A stretch of DNA of 64,000 bases from Vulcanimicrobiota bacterium (lineage in GTDB: Bacteria; Vulcanimicrobiota; Xenobia; Xenobiales; JADMJV01): contig JBFWNU010000002.1 of assembly GCA_050250895.1 (NCBI GenBank), forward strand, positions 32,001-96,000. Direction: 5' to 3'. Made by a program: the position numbers and the translations under genes. Of this stretch, positions 10,442-19,269 are shown in pieces. The notes under the pieces were generated by a model, which was not told the origin of the DNA, did no database searches, and saw only the letters and a program-made list of their open reading frames with translations. Each line of letters begins with the position of its first letter. The first letter of the stretch is position 1.

Positions 10442-12025
10442 ATGTCGGCAAAGAGAATATTTTACCATGAAGACGCCCGTCGCAAGCTCGAGGCGGGTGC
10501 CAATATTCTGGCTAATGCCGTGAAGGGAACCTTGGGCCCGCGAGGCCGCACCGTGATGTTGCAGAACAAGTTCGGGGCTCCCACCATCACCAAGGACGGG
10601 GTCACGGTGGCCAAAGAGATCGACCTCGAGGACCGTTTCGAGAACCTGGGAGCACAGTTTGTGCGCGAGGTGGCCGCCAAGACCAATGAGGTGGCCGGCG
10701 ATGGTACTACCACCGCCACTGTTCTGGCCCAGGCCATGCTCCACGAAGGGTTGCGCCAGGTCACCGCTGGCGCCAATCCGATGTTGCTCAAGTCGGGCAT
10801 TGACAAAGCCGTGGCCGTGCTGGTGGAGGGCATTGCCAAGATGGCCATACCGGTGGCGAGCGTCGAGCACACCGCTCAGGTAGGCGCCATCGCCGCCAAC
10901 AATGACCGGGCTATCGGCAAGCTGCTGGCCCGGGCGATGGAACTGGTCGGCAAGGACGGGGTCATCACGGTGGAAGAGTCCACCACCATGGAGACCGACC
11001 TTCAGCACGAGGAAGGGATGCAGTTTGACAAAGGCTACGTGTCGGCATACTTCGTCACCGACGCTGAAAAGATGGAGGTGCGCTTCCAAAAACCCAAGAT
11101 TCTTCTGGTCGACAACAAGATCAGCGCCCTGTCCGAACTCCTGCCCTTGTTGGAGCTGGTGGTGCGTGCCGAGCGGCCCTTGTTGATCATCGCTCACGAC
11201 GTGGAGGGCGAAGCGCTCGCGACCCTGGTGGTCAACAAACTGCGAGGCACTCTCCAATGCGCGGCCGTCAAGGCCCCCGGCTTCGGCGACCGCCGGCGGG
11301 AGATGCTGCAGGATATGGCGGTCCTAACCGGTGGGCAGTTGGTCGCGGCGGAGCTAGGGCACCAGCTCGATAAGATCGGGATCGACTTCTTGGGCGATGC
11401 CGCTTCGGTGCAGATCACTAAGGACACCACGACCATCGTCGGCGGCAGCGGGTCTGAAGCGGCTATGAAAGCTCGTATGGCTGAACTTAAAGGTGCCATC
11501 AAGAACACCGACAGTGACTATGAACGAGAAAAGCTCCAGGAGCGATTGGCCAAGTTGGCCGGTGGGGTAGCCGTGCTTCGGGTGGGCGCCCCCACCGAGT
11601 CGGAACTCAAGGAGAAAAAGCATCGACTCGAGGATGCCCTGTCTGCCACCCGGGCAGCGGTGGAGGAAGGGATCGTTCCCGGTGGAGGTACAGCCTTCAT
11701 CAATTTGCTTCCTCTGCTCGACCAGCTCAGCCTCGAAGGCGACGAGAACCTGGGAGTTTCGCTGGTGCGCAAAGCCATCCAGGCCCCCCTGCGCACCATC
11801 GCCGACAACTCGGGAGCCGAGGGCTCTGTGGTGGTCGAGACGGTCAAGGAGATGGCGGCGGGAATCGGCTATGACGCGGTGGTGATGGATTACGTCCCCA
11901 TGGTGAAAAGCGGCATCGTGGACCCTGCCAAGGTGGTGCGGGTTGCCTTGCAGAATGCAGCCTCCATCGCTTCTATGGTCATCACGACAGAGACCTTGAT
12001 TGCCGACGCACCCGACCTCGACTAA
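10442..12025 (+). CDS. groEL: chaperonin GroEL (orphan paralogue, no adjacent groES)
   Basis: [70 protein letters not shown]; GAGG RBS before ATG 10442. Confidence 0.97.
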   Translation: MSAKRIFYHEDARRKLEAGANILANAVKGTLGPRGRTVMLQNKFGAPTITKDGVTVAKEIDLEDRFENLGAQFVREVAAKTNEVAGDGTTTATVLAQAMLHEGLRQVTAGANPMLLKSGIDKAVAVLVEGIAKMAIPVASVEHTAQVGAIAANNDRAIGKLLARAMELVGKDGVITVEESTTMETDLQHEEGMQFDKGYVSAYFVTDAEKMEVRFQKPKILLVDNKISALSELLPLLELVVRAERPLLIIAHDVEGEALATLVVNKLRGTLQCAAVKAPGFGDRRREMLQDMAVLTGGQLVAAELGHQLDKIGIDFLGDAASVQITKDTTTIVGGSGSEAAMKARMAELKGAIKNTDSDYEREKLQERLAKLAGGVAVLRVGAPTESELKEKKHRLEDALSATRAAVEEGIVPGGGTAFINLLPLLDQLSLEGDENLGVSLVRKAIQAPLRTIADNSGAEGSVVVETVKEMAAGIGYDAVVMDYVPMVKSGIVDPAKVVRVALQNAASIASMVITTETLIADAPDLD

Positions 12026-12091
12026 CGACCAGGCCCTGACGTAGCTGCACGTGGGCCTGGACGGTGGACGGGCGCTCGAGAAGACACGAAG

Positions 12092-12110
12092 ATACCCAGA
12101 GTGCGGGTAT
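12092..12110. promoter_or_regulatory. palindromic putative operator ATACCCAGAGTGCGGGTAT
   Basis: Inverted ATACCC/GGGTAT ends; similar palindromes at 18800, 18867 and 25213; resembles NarL-type TAC..GTA sites. Confidence 0.4.
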
Positions 12111-12265
12111 GTGCCAGGTAGCCAGGGAGTATGGGGATCCGATCGGCAGAGTACCCGCTAGTCTAGGGAGACGTTTGGCTCAGCCTTATGCTAAGAGCCT
12201 GTCATGGATGAAGTATCGCATTCTGGGCTCCCTCACTCCGCCGGTTCTTCCGGCGCCGCGAGTGA

Positions 12266-14263
12266 TTGTTCGCAGTTGACCGAATGACTAGCGGTTGGTG
12301 GAAAATCGTCTGCACCCAAGACGAAATGAGGACTACCGTCGAACAGATCGGGCTGGGGGCCCGCGTCAGTGCGAGCTACATTGTCTTGCTGGTGCTTTCG
12401 AGTCTGATCGCAGCCTACGGATTGGTCTCGAATTCGACCGCCACCGTGATCGGCGCCATGATCGTCGCACCTTTGATGGGGCCAATTTTGGGTCTGGCAA
12501 TGGCTACCGCGCGGGGGGATTCCGAGACTTTCAATCAGTCGCTGTTGGCTGAGGGACTGGGTGTGCTGTTGGTGGTCGGAACCTCGGTCCTGGTCGCGCT
12601 GTTTGTGTCTCCCGTCAACATCGACTTCAGCATCAGCGAGATCCTCGGGCGCACACGGCCAACGCTCTATGACCTCGCTATTGGACTGGCGGCCGGGTTG
12701 GCCGGCGCGTATTGCACAGTCCACCCCCGATTGCAAGCATCGGTAGCCGGAGTGGCCGTGGCGGTAGCCCTGGTACCCCCGTTGGCGGTCACCGGATTGA
12801 CCGCGGCCGGTGCTCTCTATTCTCAGATCTCATGGCACTATGCTTTCGGCTCGTTCATGCTATTCTTTACCAACCTGCTGACCATCGAGCTGGCTGCCAG
12901 CGTGGTTTTCCTGATGGCTGGCGCCGGGGATTTGCGAGCGATGGCGACCGGCAAAACTTCGATCGTCGTCAAATTGGTGCTGTTGCTGTTGACCTGTCTG
13001 TTTCTCGCTCAACAGCTGAGCGGCCTGGTCAGAGAGCGGCTTGGCAGGGCGACCACTCAGAGAGTTCTGTCTGCCTACCTCGTGGACGTTCCCTGGGCTT
13101 CGCTCGATTCGCTCGAGGTTAGCCTCACCAAAGAGGTGCTGACCGTGGTGGCCGTGATCGGAGCTCGCGAGGAGTTTCGCCCCCCCGAGGTCGCGACCCT
13201 AGAGAGGCTCATCCAGGAGCAACTGCACCACGCCCTGCCCGATGTGCGGGTGGCTCTGCTGGTGCGCACGGTCCAGTCGGTCTATGCCTCTTCGACCGGT
13301 TTCCATGACCGATCGAAGGCGCATCTTAGCGTCGAGCAGCAGCAACTTCAAGCCCTGGACGTGCTGCTGCGCCAGGTTCTGGCCAACCATCCCTTCGAAC
13401 TGGAATCGTTTCGCCTGGCCCCGGCCGATGCCGCCTCACGCCATCTGATCGTGACCGTCATCAGCCCTTTCACCGTTGCTCCTCACATGGTGGAGGGCCT
13501 GCAAGCCCAGGTCAACCAGCGGGCGGCAGCTCAGGTTCTACTCCACGGCAAGCCGATTCTGCTGACCGTTCGTAGCCTTCTGGTGCGCAGCGCCACCGCT
13601 GAGCAGGATGTCCACTACGACGTTCCAGACACTTCCACGCCCGGCCAGGGGACCAAGCTGGCCCGAGAGCGTGAGGTCCAGGTGCACTTGAATGCGCTGG
13701 TTGCTCGTGAGCCCGGGCTCGTGCTCTTGGAGGCACACGTCAACGCGGCCGAGGTTCCCGAATCCGGATCGGCTGCGGGCGGTCAAGATTCACGCCCCGA
13801 GCAGCGATTCTTGATTCAAGGGGTCGTCCAGGGATCGCACCTGATGACCACGCTGCAGATTCAACGGTGGCAGGACCAGCTCTCAAAGGAGCTATCTGAC
13901 GATAGTCATCTGCGCACTTTCGACCTGGAACTCGAATCGCGCGTGGGCACCGTCTTGCACCGTAGTGCCAACGAGCAGGGCATGTCCAGCAATAACATTC
14001 AGGCGCGAGTCACCTCGTTTCTCCAGGAACGTCTGGCCGAGGTTCCTGATGCTCGCCTGGGCGACTCGGTCGAGGTTGCTGTGGAAAAGGGGCAAACCAC
14101 CTTGATGGTGGTCCGCGTCACCGTCATCTCGGCCAGGCCGATTCCCGACCAGACTCTCAAGAGCTGGAAAGCTAGGCTGGAAGCTGCCGAGAGCACCTCC
14201 GAAGTTCCGGTGAGCGTCGACTTGGAGGTGGAGAATCTGACGGGTTCCTTCCGTCGATTCTAG
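12266..14263 (+). CDS. DUF389/TIGR00341-family membrane protein with extended C-terminal repeats
   Basis: LIAAYGLVSNSTATVIGAMIVAPLMGPILG, EILGRTRPTLYDLAIGLAAGLAGA, GVAVAVALVPPLAV, LFFTNL; start may be 12284 or 12326. Confidence 0.88.
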   Translation: MFAVDRMTSGWWKIVCTQDEMRTTVEQIGLGARVSASYIVLLVLSSLIAAYGLVSNSTATVIGAMIVAPLMGPILGLAMATARGDSETFNQSLLAEGLGVLLVVGTSVLVALFVSPVNIDFSISEILGRTRPTLYDLAIGLAAGLAGAYCTVHPRLQASVAGVAVAVALVPPLAVTGLTAAGALYSQISWHYAFGSFMLFFTNLLTIELAASVVFLMAGAGDLRAMATGKTSIVVKLVLLLLTCLFLAQQLSGLVRERLGRATTQRVLSAYLVDVPWASLDSLEVSLTKEVLTVVAVIGAREEFRPPEVATLERLIQEQLHHALPDVRVALLVRTVQSVYASSTGFHDRSKAHLSVEQQQLQALDVLLRQVLANHPFELESFRLAPADAASRHLIVTVISPFTVAPHMVEGLQAQVNQRAAAQVLLHGKPILLTVRSLLVRSATAEQDVHYDVPDTSTPGQGTKLAREREVQVHLNALVAREPGLVLLEAHVNAAEVPESGSAAGGQDSRPEQRFLIQGVVQGSHLMTTLQIQRWQDQLSKELSDDSHLRTFDLELESRVGTVLHRSANEQGMSSNNIQARVTSFLQERLAEVPDARLGDSVEVAVEKGQTTLMVVRVTVISARPIPDQTLKSWKARLEAAESTSEVPVSVDLEVENLTGSFRRF

Positions 14264-14488
14264 GGGCTACCGACAGCTGCAGGTGGACAGGAAACACTGG
14301 CAGTTTCTGGCAAGAAGGTACGCCTGTACCGGGATTCCTGACAGGCTGCTCGAGCCTCCTGGTATTTCGGAGTCTTCCTGTTGAGAGAGCTTGGTTCTAA
14401 GCTGAAGAGGATGGACTTGGCTGGCTTTGGCCATCGGTGCCGGGGGCGACTGAGAAATCAAGACTAATGTTCATAGGAAGAAGAATGC

Positions 14489-15577
14489 ATGGAATCACCC
14501 ACTCTCAATCGTAAAGCAATCTTGGAACTCGCCGACGTGCAAGCCAAGACCTGCGTGACGCTGTTGATGGATACGGCCCGATCTGGCCCGTCAGCTCGCC
14601 AGGGCCAGATTCGTTTCAAGAATCTGGTAAGTCAAGCCGAGGCCGAACTCAAAGCCAGAAACCTTCGTCAAGACGAAGTCGCGGCACTACTTAAACCGAC
14701 CGAGCAACTACTCATCGACACACTCTTTTGGTCCTACCAGATGGAAGGACTGGCGATCTACCTCGAGGGTGGCACCCGTCGTCTTTACCAGTTGCCTTTT
14801 CCCGTGCAAGACCGGGTGGTGGTGGCCGATCAATTTTACGTAAAGCCTCTGCTCAAGGCCGCCACCAACGAGAACTACTACGTCCTGAGCCTCAACCTAA
14901 ACGGAGTTCAATTGTTGCTGTGCGGCGCGCAGGGAGTGAGCGTGTTTTCGCTAGAAGCTACGGCGAAATCTCTCAAGGAGTTCATGGACGCCACCGAGAT
15001 CAGCCCCGAGCTTCAACATCACGGCCGCGCCGCATCCCGGGGAGCGCCAACCTCGAGTTATCACGGTCACGGCGGCAACGAAGACCTCCGCAAAGTCGCC
15101 CTGGGGGAATGGATGGGTTCCTTGGCTCGAGTGGTGGAAGGCGTGCTCTTGGAAGAACGGCTTCCTCTGGTTTTGGCCGGGGTCGAGTATGTGGTGGGTG
15201 AATACCGCACGCATGACCGGTACCCCCATACCGTGCCCGAAGCGGTGCTCGGTAGTCCCGAAAGGAAGTCACCCTCCGAGCTTCGTCAGGCTAGCTGGCA
15301 AAGGGTGAAGGGCCTCTTTGAGGAGCGTCTGCAACAGGAATTGGGGCGTTTCCAGGCTGGCGCTGGCACGGGTCGGAGCATCTGCGGCCTCGAAGAGTGC
15401 CTCCAGGCGGCGGCCGAGGGGAGGGTGGAGCACCTGCTGGTCGCTGACGGGGGCAGGACGGAAGAACTGTCGGAGCGCGCTTGTTTGGACACCCTCCGCA
15501 ATGGCGGCAGCGTCAGTGTGCTCTCGCCGGAAATGGTGCCCGGCGGCGGCCAGATTGCGGCTATTCTTCGCTTTTAG
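14489..15577 (+). CDS. baeRF3/baeRF7-like (bacterial archaeo-eukaryotic release factor-like) protein
   Basis: CVTLLMDT, IRFKNLV, FWSYQMEGLAIY, FYVKPLL, YYVLSL, PLVLAGV, AAEGRVEHLL, TLRNGGSV, IAAILRF C-terminus. Confidence 0.8.
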   Translation: MESPTLNRKAILELADVQAKTCVTLLMDTARSGPSARQGQIRFKNLVSQAEAELKARNLRQDEVAALLKPTEQLLIDTLFWSYQMEGLAIYLEGGTRRLYQLPFPVQDRVVVADQFYVKPLLKAATNENYYVLSLNLNGVQLLLCGAQGVSVFSLEATAKSLKEFMDATEISPELQHHGRAASRGAPTSSYHGHGGNEDLRKVALGEWMGSLARVVEGVLLEERLPLVLAGVEYVVGEYRTHDRYPHTVPEAVLGSPERKSPSELRQASWQRVKGLFEERLQQELGRFQAGAGTGRSICGLEECLQAAAEGRVEHLLVADGGRTEELSERACLDTLRNGGSVSVLSPEMVPGGGQIAAILRF

Positions 15578-15677
15578 CCAGGCTCTTCGCCGCCGCCTGG
15601 TTGGGCCGGACAGCTCCAACCCCTGCCGATGGCGCTTCTTCGGGGGCCGACGGGCGGGGGGGCTGCCGGCCACTTGA

Positions 15678-15941
15678 TCAGTTGCCGCCTCTGCCTCGCC
15701 CCGAAATGAGGGCCAGGCCGAAAATCAAGACCGCCGATCCAAGAATCGCCGGCAGGACGGCCACACCGGCCAGGCTCGGCCCGAAATCACCGATCAACTT
15801 TGTGCCTATCCAGGCCCCGGCCACTCCTAAAACCATGGCTACCAAAAAACCGCCAGGGATGCTTCCAGGGACCATAGCGCTGGCGATCCAGGCGCACACC
15901 GCGGCGACAATCAAAAAGAAAATCCAGCCCATGATACTCAT
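15678..15941 (-). CDS. GlsB/YeaQ/YmgE-family stress response membrane protein
   Basis: 87 aa, three TM helices, PGSIPGG..MVLGVAGAWIG, AILGS motifs. Confidence 0.85.
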   Translation of the reverse strand: MSIMGWIFFLIVAAVCAWIASAMVPGSIPGGFLVAMVLGVAGAWIGTKLIGDFGPSLAGVAVLPAILGSAVLIFGLALISGRGRGGN

Positions 15942-16194
15942 CGTCCAACCTTCTTTCTTGCTCAGTAGAGTATGTCTGCCGCCACCATCGAGTTTGGTCC
16001 GGCTCCCTCAGTTTAGGTCTACTCGCCCGGGTCTGGTAGTCTCACCGATCCTCTCCTTTCGGTCGTTGTTGCATACGCGGATCCTTCACACTCGGGACGA
16101 CGGGTTCTATTGCTCAGGCGGCTCTCGCCCTAAGGTGATGTGAGAGGAGCGCAAAGCTTGCGCTCACTCCCGGTCGCATAGGAGGACAAAGATT

Positions 16195-16611
16195 GTGAAA
16201 AGACTTATCTGTAGCGGGCTTCTGACAGGAATATTGATGATGGTACCTATCCTGGGCATGGCCCAGGATTATCCGTCCACCACGGGTGGTGAGCCGTCCG
16301 CCGTCAGCCAGACACCCGAGGCGGCCGAAGCTGCTGAGCCGACAACAAACCTTGAAGTCAATGTCGAGCCAGCCCAGCTACCCGCCCCCAAGGTCGACGT
16401 CCAAGTGAATCCGGCCCCAGTTGTCGCTCCCACCCACACGTCCACCACCACTACGACCAGGGAAATCATCGAGCGCCAGCCCGCCGCCGCTACCGGGACG
16501 ACCGATAATACCTCGACGCTACTGATATTCGGCGGTGTCGCTCTGCTGGTCGTCATCCTGGTGGTGATGGCGATGTCGATGGGCAAGACCGAGGCTAAGA
16601 CAACGCCTTGA
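16195..16611 (+). CDS. secreted or surface protein, Pro/Thr-rich, with C-terminal TM anchor
   Basis: AGGAGG RBS, GTG start, signal peptide, low-complexity core, C-terminal hydrophobic helix followed by a Lys-containing tail. Confidence 0.7.
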   Translation: MKRLICSGLLTGILMMVPILGMAQDYPSTTGGEPSAVSQTPEAAEAAEPTTNLEVNVEPAQLPAPKVDVQVNPAPVVAPTHTSTTTTTREIIERQPAAATGTTDNTSTLLIFGGVALLVVILVVMAMSMGKTEAKTTP

Positions 16612-16837
16612 AAACGCCGGTATAGTTTCGTTGTTGGCCTCCTCTTGAAGTCGCATACTTCAAGCTTGGAGGCTATTTCCTTGCTCCTCAGAAGAACTGG
16701 CCAGCGATCATTCGACGAAGACGGCGAGGTCGGCGTGACGGTGGCGTGGACCGATCGACCCGCAGTGCGGTTGGCCAATCCCCCCCGGGGGGGATCGACC
16801 CCGCTCCGGGCTGGAAGACGAAGCCAAACTAGCGGGG

Positions 16838-17215
16838 CTACATCCAAACCTTCTTGGCGTCGATGCTGCCATCCCAATCGCGACCCCCATGAATTTTCAC
16901 CAGTTCGCCACGATGATTGGATAAAACCTCGAACATGCTGTTGTAGGTGATGACTTCATCTTTGAAATACCCGCCTTTATAGTAATTGCGACGGACCATT
17001 ACGGTGTCGGGCTTGAGATAGACCCAGTTCTGGCGAACCTTGGGATCGTCTTCGGGGAGGGCTACGCCTATCCGTTGTTCGGCCCGCTCGACGCTGACCA
17101 CTCGGTAGCGCCCGGTGACCAGAAGTAGCTGAGCCTCGGCGGACTGGGGGGCCAGGCTCCCCGCCAGGGTGAGCGCCAGCGTAACAAGGGTGAGAATACC
17201 CACGATGCGTTTCAT
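16838..17215 (-). CDS. secreted hypothetical protein
   Basis: AAGGA RBS; signal peptide ending AEA; directly downstream of the copper-amine-oxidase-N gene. Confidence 0.7.
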   Translation of the reverse strand: MKRIVGILTLVTLALTLAGSLAPQSAEAQLLLVTGRYRVVSVERAEQRIGVALPEDDPKVRQNWVYLKPDTVMVRRNYYKGGYFKDEVITYNSMFEVLSNHRGELVKIHGGRDWDGSIDAKKVWM

Positions 17216-17242
17216 TTTTTGAGTCCTTTCAATTCCCGTTCT

Positions 17243-18667
17243 TCAACGAAGGGTCAAGTCTAGATTGAGGGGGGTGGGGCTGCGTCCCGCCGAATCAGTG
17301 GATTCGACAACCAGAGCCAGCGTCGTGTTGGAGCCTAGCGACGAGGCGTCGATCTGAATGTTGAAATTCCCATCGGCGTCGGCTTGGCCTTGCCCTTGCA
17401 GGCGTGGCCCGCCGATGTCGAGCAAGCCCGGAATCAGTGCGCGCGACGACTGCACGGACACGCGCACGTTGGCATATGGGGCCGTTCGACCCTGAACATT
17501 GAACACGTGGTCCACGCTCATACCATCACGCAGGTTGATGAGCTGAAGGTCGCTGTAGTAGTAGTAGTTGTTGTTGTTGTTGTTGTTGGCGTAGGCGTCG
17601 ACGTAAAAGCTCCATTGCTGACGGATCGAGTTGCCCGAGCTATCCTGAGCACTCACGTAGACCTGATGCAGCCCTGAGTTCAGGTCGACCGAGGGTCGGT
17701 AGCGCAACTGGTTTCCGTATAGGTTGGTCGCTCTGGTTACGTCCTGCCCATCCACCAGCATGCGCAGGGTTTGCCGATACACCTGCCGGTCAAACTGCAT
17801 CTCTATGTTGGGACGGGATTCCGTCACGGTGCTGTTGGCCTGGGGTAGCAGATTGTATGCGTTGCGGCCAGATGTGTTGGCGTTGTTTTGGGCCAGGGCG
17901 AAAGAGAGGCTGCGGTTGGCTTCCATCTGGCTCTCTCTGCCGTTGCCGGCCAGTCGAGCCACGACGGTGCCTCGCTCGATGCTAAGGTTGTTGGGGATGG
18001 TGACGCTTCCCTCGTAGCGGCCTGGCCGCACCTCTTGCATCTGGACTTCGGCGAAGATACCCGGTACTTCGAAGGTGGCCTGACCGTCGGGGTCGCCTAG
18101 CATGGTCACCTGCAGTTGGTCGCCGGGGCGGAGGGGAGCGGTTGATGAATGGAGCACGCTCTGGATCTCCAGACGAGCCCTTGGCTGCGCTACCGGGGCG
18201 GGCTCGGTCGGGGCCGGTGTATTTTGGGCAATGGGCGGGGCAGCAGTAATCGATACCGTCCGCGAAGCCGATTGCCAGACGACATCCGCTCCCAAAGCCT
18301 CAGAGATGAACCGCAGCGGAACCATTGTTCGCCCCGAATAGGTGGCGGCGGGGACATCCAGGTAGACCGTTCGGCCATCAACCAGGGCACTGCGGCTGCC
18401 GAGTACCAGTTCTACTTGGGTTCGGTCCCTGGTGGCTTTGATACTGCGACTGGCCGGCAGGTAGACAACCTCGGCGCCCAGGCGCTCGAAGATGCCTCTT
18501 AGAGGCACGAGCACTCGACCTTCCTGCATGATGGCCGGCTGATCGAGGTTCATTGGTCGTTGGTCTAGCAAGACCCGGACATCCGGTGCCGAGAAGCTCG
18601 GCGCGGACATCAAAGCACTGAGAAGGAAAGATGTGACGATGGCTCTCATCGTGTGGTGTGGTTGCAT
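17243..18667 (-). CDS. copper amine oxidase N-terminal domain-containing secreted protein with Ig-like domains
   Basis: GRVLVPLRGIFERLGAEV and GRTMVPLRFISEALGADVVW motifs; AAGGAG RBS before ATG 18667. Confidence 0.88.
   Translation of the reverse strand: MQPHHTMRAIVTSFLLSALMSAPSFSAPDVRVLLDQRPMNLDQPAIMQEGRVLVPLRGIFERLGAEVVYLPASRSIKATRDRTQVELVLGSRSALVDGRTVYLDVPAATYSGRTMVPLRFISEALGADVVWQSASRTVSITAAPPIAQNTPAPTEPAPVAQPRARLEIQSVLHSSTAPLRPGDQLQVTMLGDPDGQATFEVPGIFAEVQMQEVRPGRYEGSVTIPNNLSIERGTVVARLAGNGRESQMEANRSLSFALAQNNANTSGRNAYNLLPQANSTVTESRPNIEMQFDRQVYRQTLRMLVDGQDVTRATNLYGNQLRYRPSVDLNSGLHQVYVSAQDSSGNSIRQQWSFYVDAYANNNNNNNYYYYSDLQLINLRDGMSVDHVFNVQGRTAPYANVRVSVQSSRALIPGLLDIGGPRLQGQGQADADGNFNIQIDASSLGSNTTLALVVESTDSAGRSPTPLNLDLTLR
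17555..17587 (-). repeat. coding microsatellite (AAC)7(TAC)4 giving N7-Y4
   Basis: (gta)4(gtt)7 on the + strand. Confidence 0.85.
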
Positions 18668-18799
18668 TCTAGAGGCTCCTTTGCTTGCCTGGGAGGTTGG
18701 TAGCGGCCCGGTCGTTTGAGAGGACTGGGGACGGCAACCCTCGATCGAAGGCTCCGTTAAGAGCCTAGCAGACCCTCGGCGCAGCCCCCAGGGCCGGCA

Positions 18800-18887
18800 A
18801 TACCCTGCTGAGGGTATGCTCGTAACCTGACGAGAACCCACCGTCGGGTCCGCCGGCTTGATTCGGAATACTCTGGGTCCGGGTATT
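18800..18887. promoter_or_regulatory. two palindromic putative operators in the divergent promoter region
   Basis: ATACCCTGCTGAGGGTAT (18800-18817) and AATACTCTGGGTCCGGGTATT (18867-18887). Confidence 0.5.
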
Positions 18888-18985
18888 GCAGTAACTTCCA
18901 AGAATGCTCGCCAAGCCGTACCCTCATGGAAACCCTGGAACGCCAGCGGTCGAAATCAACTAAGTCACGCCTAAAGGAGGCTGTT

Positions 18986-19204
18986 ATGAACGAAGATATT
19001 TTGAAGGGCAAATGGTCCCAGTTAAAGGGTGAGGTCCAGCGTCAGTGGGGCAAGCTCACCAAGGACGATTTGGATGTCATCAAGGGCGATAGTCAGAAGC
19101 TCATGGGGATGCTCCAGGAGCGATATGGCTATGCCAAAGAAGAGGCTGAACGCCACTATGAAGCCTTTCAGCAAGCTCACGCTCCCACCAGGACTGACGG
19201 TTAG
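18986..19204 (+). CDS. csbD: CsbD-family general stress protein
   Basis: MNEDILKGKWSQLKGEVQRQWGKLTKDDL..IKG..LMGMLQERYGYAKEEAE; AAGGAGG RBS. Confidence 0.92.
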   Translation: MNEDILKGKWSQLKGEVQRQWGKLTKDDLDVIKGDSQKLMGMLQERYGYAKEEAERHYEAFQQAHAPTRTDG

Positions 19205-19269
19205 GGCTCGTCTTGGGTAAAAGCCTCGCCATCACGGCCGGCTATCCGGGTCCTCTCGCCCCCGTACCT

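Noticed and set aside
16143-16170. Hairpin gagcgca-aagct-tgcgctc as a riboswitch
   Set aside because: Single short stem with no recognisable aptamer motif.
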